A DNA stretch of 64,000 nt from NCBI RefSeq assembly GCF_006345805.1, contig NC_043002.1, positions 61,938,001 to 62,002,000 of the forward strand. The letters run 5' to 3'. Shown here piece by piece: positions 1-13,135 of this stretch. The stretch is from Octopus sinensis. Lineage: Eukaryota. Under the pieces are notes generated by a model. It searched no databases and had not been told where the DNA came from. It was given only the letters and a program-made list of their open reading frames with translations. The stretch's first letter is position 1. Each line of letters begins with the position of its first letter. The position numbers and the translations under genes are program-made.

Positions 1-59
1 GGACCTACCACTCAAAAAAACACCGGGCGTTATGATCTGTGCATCGATATATATATATA

Positions 60-310
60 AATTAATGATATAAAATTATATAAAATCTCAGAACATTTAT
101 AAAGAAGTCTTTCAGTTGTTTCCGGGAGATTTTATATATCCCGTCATTGGAGACGGTGCGAGAAAATGGTTAAGCAATAGTTATTCTAGAGAGGATATGA
201 AATAGAGAGTGAAGTGGAGGAATGAAAACAGACGTGAGATATGCAGGGATATAATAATAATACAGCTGTAAGACCTTCTCTTTATAAATGTTCTGAAATC
301 TTTCACAACC
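60..310. mobile_element. Degenerate inverted-repeat remnant of a Penelope-like terminus
   Basis: TCAGAACATTTATAAAGA (~87-104) recurs inverted at ~270-297. The left arm read on the minus strand gives a decayed hammerhead-like layout (gtctc-CAATGAC-gggat...ccc-gGAAAC-AACT-GAA-agac). Confidence 0.5.
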
Positions 311-429
311 TTGGGTTTTTGCTCATTCTGTTAATTTTATAGGCATGCTGATGTATGACCTATGTTGGACTCCTCATTCACATAATCACCGAACCAGTAG
401 CTTAACTATAGTCTATTCACAGCACTTAC

Positions 430-481
430 TTTGCATTGCTTGACACCTCTCGGTCTTCTTGACATCATTACCTCTCATAAC
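430..481 (-). CDS. Candidate exon of minus-strand host gene (VMRGNDVKKTERCQAMQ), phase 0 to 1
   Basis: TAG acceptor at 484-482, GTAAGT donor at 429-424, 52 nt open. Phase matches exon 4174-4327. Confidence 0.5.
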
Positions 482-608
<127 letters not shown>

Positions 609-2070
609 TAGATATAGATATATAGTGTACTATTCCGTGATGGTAAATTCAACAACAAAGTACCCAATTTATTGAGGAGTTGATATTATTTTTAAAACGC
701 AATATATATATTTATGCGCTTCTATTAGTTTCATGTGCTGAGAGCATGCGAAACAGTGTTTCTATCACGTCTGGTGTCCTGGCACAATCATCAGACACTG
801 CCCACATGCTATAACGACCTCGTGTGGCTTCCTATCGCACATAAGTAATGTATTCTGTTTTATTAAATAAGATATGCATGCATAGAGACACAAACACACA
901 GACACAGACACACGCACGCACATATAATATTTATATGTCTGTAATTTTACGTACATATACATATATATATGTATGTATATAATTTTACATGATTTACATA
1001 TATGTACATGTGTGTGTCTGCACGCGCACATATGTGTGTGTCTGTGTTTCTGTCTGTTCAACGAGAGAGAGAAAGAGGGAGAAAACGGGAAAAAGCATAT
1101 CTTGTGTGTCTATTTATATATACAACTACCACTCGTGAGTTTCATAATTTCATGTGTATGTGTATGTGTGCATGTAGTTGTGTTTGTGTGCGTGTGTTTG
1201 TTGTTAGTTTGTTTTTCTGAATCTGTGTGTCAGTATGTGTGACAAAGCACCAATTCTCACATAATAGCCTTATATAGAAATTATTCATAGAGGAAGACGG
1301 TTCTTGTGTAACGATAGTAAAACCCGAATACGTAATATTTTGCTCTTATAAGGTCTAATGCGCAGCTATATAATTTTATTCCTATTTCTAAACATCTTTT
1401 ACGCTCCCCAGTTGGCGTATTACCACATAGATAAGGATCAATCTCAGAAATTATTTTTTTATATCTATTTGTTTTTTCCTCTATTATATTAAATATAAGA
1501 AAAAAATCTTCAGGTTATTGTTCAACTCCGTGTCAGATGGAAAAACAAATTGTTCAGTCTACTTGCACCCTCTCAGGGGGCACGGTAGTGAATAATGCAT
1601 GTAATCTTACAGAAACACCTATATGACCATACAAACACATAGATTATAATATGTAATACAATATATTAATGTGTGTGAGAAAATCTTTGTATATATGCAT
1701 AGATATATATACGTGTGTATGTGTATGTTTATATACATATTGTTTTATATTATACGCAAACAAATAAATATGTTGTCAATACATGTGAGATAGAAAGAAA
1801 TAGATACACAGAGAGAGTAAGTGTCGATATATGTTTATTAATGGGTGATGTAAGAGCCGTCTGAACTCCAGAGTATATTTTTAACTTCATATCTGATTAA
1901 ATGAAATTGACCATAATATACAATTAAACGCATTCTTTATTTACATATAAAGCTATCTTCCACATGTTCGTGTGCACATATGTATACACACACAGATATA
2001 TACACGCATATATATATATACATATACATGTATGTATATGTATGTATGTATATATATATATATATATACA

Positions 2071-2121
<51 letters not shown>

Positions 2122-2139
2122 GTATATATGCACATATGA

Positions 2140-2212
<73 letters not shown>

Positions 2213-2530
2213 AGTGTGTGTTTGTGTGTTTCTCTATGTATGTGTGTGAGTGATTTTGTGCGTGTGTCTGTGTCTGTGTGTGCTGGCAGTGGTCTGTCAC
2301 AGAACACGATCAATGCGCTCTGATATTGCACATCACGAACACGCGCCATGAGAACGCAGCACACAGTTTTCTTTGGCACATAAATAGATTACTTTCAATT
2401 TTGCCCAAACGCACCAGCACACTGTCGACTAACAGTATTGGTACACCCGCACCAAACTACACGTTATATCCAATACTATAAGTCTCTCAGTGTGTAGACT
2501 AGCACTATAAGAAATTTTCTTTTTCGCCCT

Positions 2531-2811
2531 TTTCAAGAGTAGCCAGGTCCATGGGCCCGGTTTCCCAGTTTCTGTGGCGTATGTGTTCCCCACCAGCTGG
2601 ACGAACGCCAGTTCATCGCAGCGTTACTCAAGAAACAGGAAGAAAGAGTGAGGGAAAGTACAATAGGTGTCGTCACTAGCCCCTGCTGGAGCCTCGTGGA
2701 GCTTTTAGGTGTTTTCATTCAATAAACGCACACAACGCCCAGTCTGGGAATCTAAACCGCGATCCCCCGACTGCGAGTCCACTGCCCTAACCACTGGGTC
2801 ATTGCGACTCC
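2531..2811 (-). mobile_element. tRNA-derived SINE, family B (GGAGGCGCAATGGCC...CTAAAAGCTCCACGAGGCTCC)
   Basis: Reverse complement has a tRNA-like head with A/B-box-like motifs and matches copies at 24941 and 50339. Confidence 0.85.
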
Positions 2812-3059
2812 AATTAGTAAATTTACGTTTACAAAATAAATGGCGTCACACACAAAGACATACAAACACACACACACATATCACTAATCACCAGCATACA
2901 TATGCAGTAAAAGTTACACAGCATTAATACCAAAAATAGTCAGATATGTAACATCTCATATCAGCCAAAACAAAGCCCATTGGCAACGTTTTTAAGAGGA
3001 ACCAGCCTCTTCCTTGAATAAAAAGAAATTCACAATATTCACAATATTAACGGTAATCT

Positions 3060-3700
3060 GGGCGACGAGCTGGCAAAAGCGTTAGGACGCAGGGCGAAAT
3101 GCTTAGCGGTATTTCGTCTGCCATTACGTTCTGAGGTCAAATTCCGCCGAGGTCGACTTTGCCTTTCATCCTTTCGGTGTCGATAAACTAAGTACCATTT
3201 ACGCACTGGGGTCGATATAATCGACTTAATCCGTTTGTCTGTCCTTGTTGTCCTCTATTTGTTTAGCCGCTTGTGGGTAGTAAAGAAATAGGTATTTCGT
3301 CTGCCGCTACGTTCTGAGTTCAAATTCCGCGGAGGTCGACCTTGCCTTTCATCCTTTCAGGGTCGATTAAATAAGTATCAGTTACGCATAGGGGTCGATA
3401 TAATTGACTTAGTCCGTTTCTATGTCCTTGTTTGTCCCCTCTGTGTGTAGCTCCTTTTGGGAAGTAACGAAATAAGAAACGAAATGCTTAGCGGTACTTT
3501 GTCTGTCTTTACGTTCTGAGTTCAAATTCTGCCGAGGTCGACTTTGCCTATAATCCTCTCGGGGTCGATAAATTTAGTACCAGTTGCGCAATGGAGTCAG
3601 TCGTATCGACTGGCCCCTTCTCCAAAATTTCGCCCCAGAAAAATTATCTTGAAAAGGAAATGAGCCCCATTTTAGATCATATAGACAGTAGAGAATATTA
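3060..3700 (+). mobile_element. tRNA-derived SINE, family A, tandem multimer (about 3 units)
   Basis: GGCGACGAGCTGGCA head, then repeated TTCTGAGTTCAAATTCCGCCGAGGTCGACTTTGCCTTTCATCCTTTCGGGGTCGATAAA core. The family recurs >15 times in the window. Confidence 0.9.
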
Positions 3701-3979
3701 TTGCAGATTGCAGATAATTTATAATGCGCAAGTATTAATATTCTACTCTGCAATACTCGGTGAGAGCTCCCTGTCTCCAATACATCACAAAAGTATTAAC
3801 AAAAATTTCAACCATATTTTGGAGTAATCTGTGTCTTTCTCTTGTGTCCAACATTATGTCTTCTCTCTTAAACATGGCATGCCTGAAACGTTATAAGCTC
3901 CAATGCTCTCTCTTTGAAATAGCCTCGTGCAGTTTCAACATGTTTCAGGTCATGATAGGACGCTAGCTATCTAGTCATG

Positions 3980-4014
<35 letters not shown>

Positions 4015-4173
4015 GTCGTCGTCGTCGTCGTCGTCGTCGTCAATATTACTTTCATTTTGTTATCAATATTTTTGCTTTTGTTTGGCAAGATTTACATGCA
4101 ATTTTGCTGGATTTCATAGTTCAGTATCCCAGTTGACCTTAGCGCTGTTCTAGTTAATCATACGGATACTTAC

Positions 4174-4327
4174 CTTTTCCCGAATATCCAGATAAGTGTT
4201 AGAGTTGAAGGATGTATCTAGGCTCTTTATCCAAATGCCAGCACTTCCTTTTGCGTATATGTTAACCTTCCATACCGAAATTGTTACATACAACTTGACA
4301 CTCGCTTCCAAGTATATACTTGGAAAT
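4174..4327 (-). CDS. Exon of minus-strand host gene (FPSIYLEASVKLYVTISVWKVNIYAKGSAGIWIKSLDTSFNSNTYLDIREK), phase 2 to 0
   Basis: Long pyrimidine tract plus TAG acceptor (4330-4328), AAG/GTAAGT donor (4173-4168), 154 nt open, non-repetitive sequence. Confidence 0.65.
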
Positions 4328-5073
4328 CTACAATAAGTCGAAGTGAAAACGAACGGAAGGAGGAGTAATGGAAAATTCCTTAATGGATCTTTCCTCCCTA
4401 AATATTGCTTCCTTTGTTAATCCAATATTTTTCTGATCCTTGCAAATTTACAAGCGATCATAGAGTTTCTCTTATGATAGGTTTTATTATGTATTGTAAT
4501 TTATCCACTGGAAGCCTTGCAAGTACAATGACATCTTTCTGTAACTAATGGTTTGCTGCCTTCGTGTTTCAGTTTTCTCTAGTTGGCAGCTATGTTTGTG
4601 CGTACCGGCTAAATGTAAATGGAGATGTAATGCATACAATGGTACACATCAGTTCAAGACTTAAGAGAAAGTTTATCTGACATGATAAGAAAGTGCTTAT
4701 GCTATAGATTGTCGAAATCAAGACCACAGTTTTTGGATCACATTATCAGTTGTATATAGCTATGGAGATATCTTGTCCAATGCCTATTTCTACCTGACGC
4801 AATATTTGATTATTCGTGTTACTCAAAGATATTACTAAGATGTTTTTTTCTCTTTATCTTAAGAAAAATCTTTGTATTTTATCTCTCTATCTTTATTGTC
4901 TTCACATAAATCTATATATAGATATATGTGCGTGTGTTGTATGTATTTATATATATGTGTGTGTGTATCGTATGTTTAAAGTAGATGAATTTTTAAAAGC
5001 ATTTCTAAGCCCTCTACAACTGACCATTGAAATGTGATTTATAGAAAACTGAATGAAGAGAGTGAGCAGGAAC

Positions 5074-5124
<51 letters not shown>

Positions 5125-5412
5125 GACAGAAAGACAGACAGAGGCAGAGAGTCAGAGAGGAAGAGCAAAAGAAAGAATAATTTACAAAGATGGAATACCA
5201 GAGAATCATTAGAATGTATGAAAAATATATAGTAAATCAGCAGTCACTGACGTTGATTGTTACATTTAATTTGTTTAAAAACGGAAGATCTCAATAGACA
5301 TTATTGATCTGCTAAAATTACGATAGAAAATTACTAGCTGTCAGTCAGTTTTCTGGCCTAGCGAAACACATATTTATTTGCTGTCTGTGATCAATATTGT
5401 TTCAGAACTTAC

Positions 5413-5459
5413 ACGGGTTCCGTCACGTAACTTAAACTCGCGCCAACATCTTTCGTGCC
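5413..5459 (-). CDS. Candidate exon (GTKDVGASLSYVTEP), phase 0 to 2
   Basis: CAG acceptor 5462-5460, GTAAGT donor 5412-5407. Joins in frame to 4174-4327. Confidence 0.5.
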
Positions 5460-6139
5460 CTGAGTTGTGTACTTAAGTATTTATGTGTACTTTCTGGTGG
5501 CTGTAGATTTTCGGTTCTTACTAATATATTAAGAATTGGTAAGTATGTATCTTTTACTTGTTTCAGTCATTGATTGCGGTAATGCTCGTGCACAATCTTG
5601 GTGGATTCACTCAAAAAATCCATCACGGGTTATGTTTTTAAAGTCTTGTAATTATTATATCGGTGTCATTCGCCTCTAGTTTTGAGGGACATAAAAATGC
5701 TTACGTCTGTTGTCAAGTGGTGAAGAGAGTAGAAACGTAAACATACATATGCATAAAAACATATACATTGGGACACATACACACACACTCATATACACAC
5801 AGACAATGTATATATGTATATAACAAATGATATTTATAAACAAATCCGAATGTCTTTGTAAATTCCGGAGACTCACGGTATAATAATTAACCGTATAAGA
5901 ATATATCATAATAATATATTCTCTGATTTGAAGCGACAATTTTTAAATACAAACAAATGATTCTGATGGGTGTTTGGCCAATCGTATGTGCATGGACCCG
6001 AAGAAGGCTGATTTGTGGGTTCGATTTGTCGCTTCAAATCAGAAAATAAATATTATTATGATATATCATTATACAATTACACATACATATGTACGTGTGT
6101 GTGTATGTATGTATGTATGTATGTATGTATGTATGTATG

Positions 6140-6169
<30 letters not shown>

Positions 6170-6170
<1 letters not shown>

Positions 6171-6335
6171 GACGGGCTAATGTGTGTATATATGTATGTA
6201 TGTATGTAAGACGGGCTGCCACAAAGTTTTCTTCTACCGAATTCACTCACAAAGCACTTGCCCAATGTGTCATGCAGGGGTAATGAACCCGAAACCAAAT
6301 GGTTACAAAGCACGCTTCTTAACCCCAGTCATACC
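6170..6335 (-). mobile_element. tRNA-derived SINE, family C (partial)
   Basis: Reverse complement has a TGGTTAAGAAGCGTGCTTTGTAACCATTTGGTTTCGGGTTCA head and GGGCAAGTGCTT body, as in copies at 45636 and 61630. Confidence 0.8.
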
Positions 6336-7759
6336 TTCATCTCTACACGATATTTCAAATACATTAAAACAGGTTGACGGCTTTACTGTTGGAAATATCA
6401 GAGGGTTAGCCCTCCAATTACACAGTTTTCACTTAAAAGGGGACGCGGATAACTTATATAGTAGTCTGATGAACACTAATACAGGTTAATTACAGTGTTA
6501 GATCTCATTTGGAAGCTTACAATTATCATTGACGCAAGGAAGGTAGACATGGAGATGGTCACAAAAACATATAAAAATATTAGAAATGTGTGGAAGCTAT
6601 ATACACTTGCTAATTTATTCGTGTCTGTATTAATATATTTATATAATTAAAAAATGGAGAAAAGTATAGCTTAACCAACGCATCGATAGGACCACATTTT
6701 AAAGCATATTTATTGATACAATGCAAGACATAACAAATCTAACAGCTGTTTCTGATCAAAATACCAGAATGTAGTCTACACATAAGTGCGGGAATAAAAT
6801 TCTTTATCTTCATGGGGCATTCGAATTAAGGTAACAGATCTTCATCAGAGTGAAAAACAAGAGCATATAATATAAAGAAAAGGAAGAAGGAAAAGGAAAG
6901 AAAACATGACTTAGACAAAAAGACTAGAAGCCCAATATGTTCAGTGCACATAATTATTTACCATCAGGGCTCAAAGAGTGTAGATGTGAGAGTGAGCTAT
7001 CAAAAGAGTAGGGAATCTCCAAACTATTATCGAGGGCGGAGTACAATTAGGAGGCGGGTGTCAGGGTATTAAAAAAGAAAATTTATCAAGAAGCTCTATA
7101 TAAAGAAAATACTATCATAAATATAAAAGGTCAAACCTATGTTAACGGAGAAAACTTACGTAAAAGTAAACAAATTAACTCACAGGAAATTAGTTCCAAG
7201 AAACCTCCCTATAGTCCACTACGGGGTAAGTCTATGTCCAACGGTCTCTACATTGGTCAGTGCAATCATCATTATGTCTCAGTGACAATAGAGATCTCCC
7301 TGTCTTTCTCTCACACTTTGTCTGTCTGTCACTCCCTCTCTCCTCTCCGAACACACACTCACATAGGCATGCACGAACCAATTTTAAATTTGACACATTA
7401 CCACAGCTTTACGTAAACAAATTATGTTAGCGTTCTTTTGTGACTTTGTAATTTCGGTGATAGGATAAGTCGATTACGTTGAGCCCTTTGTTTAACTAGG
7501 GCTTATTCTATCGGTCCCGAAGTGATGAAATGCAAAGTTCACCATCGCGGCATTTGACCGCAGATCATAAAGACGGATGAAATGCCGCTAATCGTTTTCC
7601 CAGTGTGCTAACGATTCAGCCAGCTCGCTGTCTTAATGTGCATAACAGCTTTAGCAAAGTCATGAACCATGTCTTATTGTACCAATCATTCCGCACAGAT
7701 GTGTTCTGTGATTAATTATTACTTTCTGGTCAATAACAATTCTGTATTTGAAATTTGCA

Positions 7760-7820
<61 letters not shown>

Positions 7821-7821
<1 letters not shown>

Positions 7822-8168
7822 GTTTGAGTTTTGCTTTATATTTGTACAAGTTGGCTCCAAGTCTCACCCAGAGACCTCAAGAGACAACAGGTTGGAAGTT
7901 CATGTTGTTGTTATGCCTAGTGTACCATATATTTTGGGGGGAGTTTTTGGTGTTGTACTAATGAATGTCTAAAAAAAAACGAAAATTATGTTTGTTTTAA
8001 ACCTTGAGATTACATAGAAGGTATTTTGCATAGGATATGAGCAGTTCCCATGAGCACTATCTTTTGAATTTCTGCCATTTTGGGTTTCCTGGTATCTGAG
8101 TTAGGTAGCTATCAGCCCCTTTTGCTATCATTCCCAGGGCACCTATGACAACAGGTATTGTTTTAGTC

Positions 8169-8170
<2 letters not shown>
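7821..8170 (-). mobile_element. 3' end of an R4/Dong-like non-LTR retrotransposon (REL endonuclease C-terminus + 3' UTR)
   Basis: Minus translation KTKTIPVVIGALGMIAKGADSYLTQIPGNPK...EIQKIVLMGTAHIL is typical of the R4/Dong C-terminus. Flanked by (TAA)n on both sides. Confidence 0.8.
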
Positions 8171-8236
<66 letters not shown>

Positions 8237-8259
8237 GTTATTATTATTTTTTTTTTCTT

Positions 8260-8545
8260 CTTTCAAATTTGCTTCCATTTCTTGCCGAGTGTCTTCCCGA
8301 CTCCTAGGGCAAAGAAACTCATAGTATACATTGGTAGGCCATTAAACCAAACTCAGTAGTTCGTTCATTTTTTTTTTTTTTAAGTTAAATTAAAATACAT
8401 GAGCAGCAACAGTTCTCACATCGACAATGCTCTTCTCAATACGTGTGATGTACCAGTTAAGACAATCTTTTGCACTTCTTGCAGGGATGGTAAGCCAGGG
8501 ATCATTCTCATATAATTTTCGGTTCCCTTCTTGATCATTCCTATT
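8260..8545 (-). mobile_element. Second R4/Dong-like 3' fragment
   Basis: Minus translation GMIKKGTENYMRMIPGLPSLQEVQKIVLTGTSHVLRRALSM*, bounded by (TAA)n. Confidence 0.8.
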
Positions 8546-8546
8546 A

Positions 8547-8622
<76 letters not shown>

Positions 8623-9149
8623 CATCATCATCATCATATGTTTGAATATATGATTATATGCATAACATAAATACCTACCAACATTACATGAAGTCCAGAG
8701 CCTATGTGTCACTATTGCATTTCACACTGATCTACATTGTAACTGTCAAACTTTGCAAAATATTTGCCACGATGTGGTTTTCTATCAATTTCTCCTTTTT
8801 AATATTTCGGAAATAGAATTTTTCATATCTTCATTTTCTTCAAAAAATTGCTCCGATTCTTCATCATAATGTAAATCGCTTGAATAAGTTTGTATTTCGC
8901 TATTTCTTATTTCTGTCTGTTGTATACAACGATTTTTTTGTTACCATTTTTCCTTCAGCTTCTATAGGAAATTAACAAGTTTTCCTTTGTTTGTATTAAC
9001 TTAACACTTTCTCGCTAGCTTGCATCTTGTCCTTTCCAGCTTGCCAATGACTTAGATATACATATTAGTCGCCATTGGTGTCGTTTGTTTGGAGATTATT
9101 TTTTCTAAACGAAGCATTTAATTCATTTAACGTTTAATGTATATTACTG

Positions 9150-9810
9150 AAACTAAAGCAGCGAACTTGTTGAGTAGCTAGTACGCCGGATGAAATGCTT
9201 AGCGGCATTTCGTCAGTATTTACATACTGAGTTCGAATTCAAACGAGGTCAACTTTGTCTTTCATGCTTTCAGGGTGGATAAAATAAGTCCCAGCTGATC
9301 GCTGGGGTCGATGTAAACGACCTATACCCTCTCAAGAAAGTGCTGGCCTTGTGCCACAATTTGAAATCAATATATATTACCGAAGCTTTAGATCATAAAT
9401 AGAACGCTTTGTACATGCATTCTTCTAGTCTTTTATTTGTTTCAGTTATTTTGTCTGCAGTCATGCTGGAGCAATGCCTTTAGTCGAACAGATCGACCCT
9501 AGAACTTTATATGCCCAGTACATATTCTATCGGTCTTTCTGGCCGAACTGCTAAGTTACAGGGACGTAGACACACCAACATCGGTTGTCAAACGATGTTG
9601 GGGAGACAAACACAGACACAAACAGGCAGACACACGCACATACGACGGTCTTCTTTCGGTTTTCACCTACCAAATGCACTCACAAGGCTTTGATCGACCG
9701 GAGGCTAAAGTGGAAGACATTTGTCTAAGATGACACGCTGTGGGACTGAACCCGAAACCATGTGGTTGGGAAGCAATTTTCTAGCCACAAAGTCACTCCT
9801 GCACCTATAT
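9150..9810. mobile_element. SINE family A (+, ~9150-9370) and family C (-, ~9420-9810)
   Basis: Matches to the recurrent family cores in this window. Confidence 0.8.
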
Positions 9811-10829
9811 GTATAATAACACTTCAAAATTCAGTTGTATTATTCATTTCAATACTCAGTTTTTCCGAGATAAACGACTCTGTCTCTTCTCTCTTGTTTA
9901 TTTTATGTAATTCATCTATTTAAATATGTGGTGTGTTCTGTTATGATGATGCGATCTCAGCTTACAGATTCAACATATTTAACTCAACTTTTAATTAGTT
10001 CCTTTCATTCTTAGAGTACATATTGAGAGCACATTTATTGAACACACTACGTTTTTTTATTATTTTTTTTATTTTTTGCAATATCTACCCACTGAATTCC
10101 TCTTCTGCGTTTTTGTCAGGACCGAAATCAGAATGATAAGAATTTGAACCTTCACTGTTTTGGATGGAACATTCCTTCCATCTATTCACCTCAAAATACA
10201 CAAGACAAAAATGAGAAAGTTCAGACACCAGTTTTTTCACAAAATATGCCATTATATCAAGGAAGAATATATACATACCGAGAGAGCACATTTCTGTGTT
10301 GCTTATATAGTTTTGTCTATTGAAGCTTCACTTGTTTATAGTTACTAAGAGTTCCTCGTTTCAGCAAAATACAAAAGTTTCCTGGAAGCTTCTGCGGAAC
10401 ATTGATTGTTTATTTTTAATAATATTGTCCACAGTATTCATAAAATGTTAGTGGTTCTTTAAGTAAATTAATAGTGGTTATGCTGAATATCACTGTGTAC
10501 ACGAAGTGTGAGAGAGCACTACGTGCCTTTCTTTAGGCTTTCTTTTGGAGGTGCCGCTGGTGAATTACTCCAGCTAGTCTACTCAGCTATTGGGCAGAGT
10601 TTCTTGTTAATTATTTTGGCTGGAAGTTAATCTTATATATTTTGGTATATCATTCAGCTATGTTCATGTCCTTTATATTGATGTAAACCTAACAGTTTTT
10701 TTTTGTGTGTGTGCTGTGTTGCATATTTTAATGTTGTCAATGATGTTGTGATCACTTCTGAACAATACAAGAATACATTCTGATGATGATGATGACGATG
10801 ATAATAATAATAATAATAATAATAATCCT

Positions 10830-11990
10830 TTCTACTGTAAGCACAAGACCTGAAATTTGGGGTGAATGGATTGGTCGATTACATTGACCCCAGTGATTTT
10901 ATCGACTTCGAAAGATGAAAGTTAAAGTCGAACTTGACGGAATTTGAAATCAGAACGTAGCGGTGAGAGAAATACCGCTAATAATTTCGCCCGGTGTGCT
11001 AACGATTCTGCCAGCTCGCCGCCTTATTGGTTTCAAATTAGTTTGACCCCAGTGCTCAACTGGTACTCTTTTCACCGAACTCAAAAGAACGAAAGGCTAA
11101 GTCGACCTCGGCGAAATTTGAACTCAGGACGTAGCGACGGACGAAATAACACTAAGCATTTCGCTCGGCTTAGCGGTAATTCGCCCGTCTATACGTTCTG
11201 AGATGAAATTCCGCGAGGTCAACTTTACAATTCATAATTCCGGGTTCGATAAAATAAGTACCAGTATAGGGATGCAGTTTTTAAAAATAATTTCCACGTA
11301 ACTAAACACTTAAACTTCGTATACTGATAGAATGTGTTTATAAAACATCTTTTTCTCTTGGCTTTATTGAGAAAATTCTATAGTTTGTAAGATATTTGTT
11401 GTTTTTTTCTTCAATTTTTGCAATTTCAACCAATTAATAACGTCTATTGAGGTAAAAAAAAACATTCTGTGCCGTATGAATATGGCCCTCGTTCAAGAAA
11501 CAGTTTGGGTTTATTTACATTTGTGAAGAAAAAAAGATAACCTTCCCCCCACCCCTAACCCTAAAACTGAAACAGATTGAAATGCAATAATTCGATACTA
11601 GGGTCATAATTATGGGTGACAATTTCATATGACACCGCTAGAAAAAACTGCCGTTCAAACCGAAACGATCCCAGTATAGTACTGGGGTCGATGAAAGCTA
11701 CTGCCCCCTCCTCGCAAAGATTCGAGCCTTGTGACTATAGGTGAAAGGATTATTAAAGGTGATACATATTCATTTCTAATCTAGTAACAAGACCCGAAAT
11801 TTTTGGGGGAGAGGCCAGTTGATTAGATCGACCCCAGTACGCAACTGGTATTTAATTTTCGACCCCGAAATAGATAAAGGCAAATTCGACCTCGGCGAAA
11901 TTTGAACTCAGAACGTAAAGACAGACGAAATATTGCTAAGAATATCGCCTGTCATGCTAACAACTCTACCAGCTCTCAGCCTTAAAGGTG
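10830..11990. mobile_element. Cluster of family A SINEs, including a head-to-head pair around 11165
   Basis: Minus-strand cores at ~10830-11010, ~11040-11165 and ~11780-11985. Plus-strand core from ~11170, interrupted by a MITE. Confidence 0.8.
11269..11672. mobile_element. 404-bp MITE-like DNA element with 6-bp TSD (AGTATA) inserted in a SINE
   Basis: AGTATA at 11263-11268 and 11673-11678. Ends are GGGAT..GCAGTTTTTT and AAAAAACTGC..ATCCC. Removing the insert restores the SINE segment AAGTACCAGTATAGTACTGGGGTCGAT. Confidence 0.85.
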
Positions 11991-12460
11991 ATACATAATA
12001 ATACAGAAATGTTATTGTAAACTTAATTAGTATTACGTTTCTTAAGATTTCCGGAATCTTACTTACTGTACTGTATAATTTTCAGTAAATCCACAACACA
12101 GCTCTTAATTCCACTATTCATCAACATCTAACGTTTTAATTTTCCCGTTGAACTTAGTGCACCAATTACTCTTTGTAATGTAAATTCTTACGGTTATCTA
12201 GCATTTCCTTTTCCACATTTCTCCAACAGTTTCTAATCTTCGTCGTCTGTATTTATCAGACATCGTCAACGGTAGAACGCCGACAGCAGTGTTAGAACAT
12301 TAACAGACACTAGCAATGGGAGGCCGCCATAACAAACTCGGATTAATATCTCAAGGGATAATTTTTTTTAGTCAATTTGCAAACATTTTTTAAAGAACTG
12401 TTGAGGCGAAAATCTTTAAAACGTTAACCATAAAAATAAGAACACCATCATCATCGTCAA

Positions 12461-12518
<58 letters not shown>

Positions 12519-13135
12519 TTCTTCGTTAATAACAACAATAACAACAATAATAACTCTGTCAACAGTAATAAAACTTGACAAAGATGAACCATCACACAGC
12601 AGCAACTGTCATCACAAAAGGCAGTAGTTCTACAATGGCAGCCGACAACAACAATATCAAAAACTGTAATAATGCTAACATAACGCTTAATTACAACTCT
12701 GCCAATGCTATCATCACCTTAGAAGCAACAAAGCCTTCAGCCTGCATAACCAATGGCAAAATCACCCGAAAAAGCGAAATTTTTACAGCCACTCACACCT
12801 CTGCTCTCTCAGGTACAATAAAGACGTTTGGATCATTTACAAGTACAATACAAGTAGAAGCATAAACCCTGCCTAGTGAGAATAAATTTGCTTGCACTTG
12901 CAGAATCGGACAGGGAGGTGAGATTCTAAATCATAGATGCTTTAACAGAGAGACGAAGAGGCGTGGCGGACGCGCATTTACCCAGGTTGAGAAACATGCC
13001 AGCAACCTGCTGATTTCCTATGCACGCGAAGAGAATTGGGCTGCATAGAAAACTATTGTTTCTTGGTCTGGATTGAAAAGTCGGAAATTTGACAAAATAA
13101 AATCCAAGGAACAATATTTACATTATTTACATTGT

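Noticed and set aside
7186-7225. Plus-strand AG...GTAAGT segment reading EISSKKPPYSPLR
   Set aside because: Isolated and short, with no phase-linked plus-strand chain. Expected by chance in 64 kb.
8700-10300. Acidic minus-strand peptides (YDEESEQFFEENED; SEGSNSYHSDFGPD) reminiscent of transposase N-termini
   Set aside because: No catalytic domain, TIRs or TSD found, and the frames are short.
12067-12127. Possible minus-strand exon with a GTAAGT donor (MLMNSGIKSCVVDLLKIIQY)
   Set aside because: Would need a phase 1-to-0 partner before 5459 that I could not find with good splice sites.
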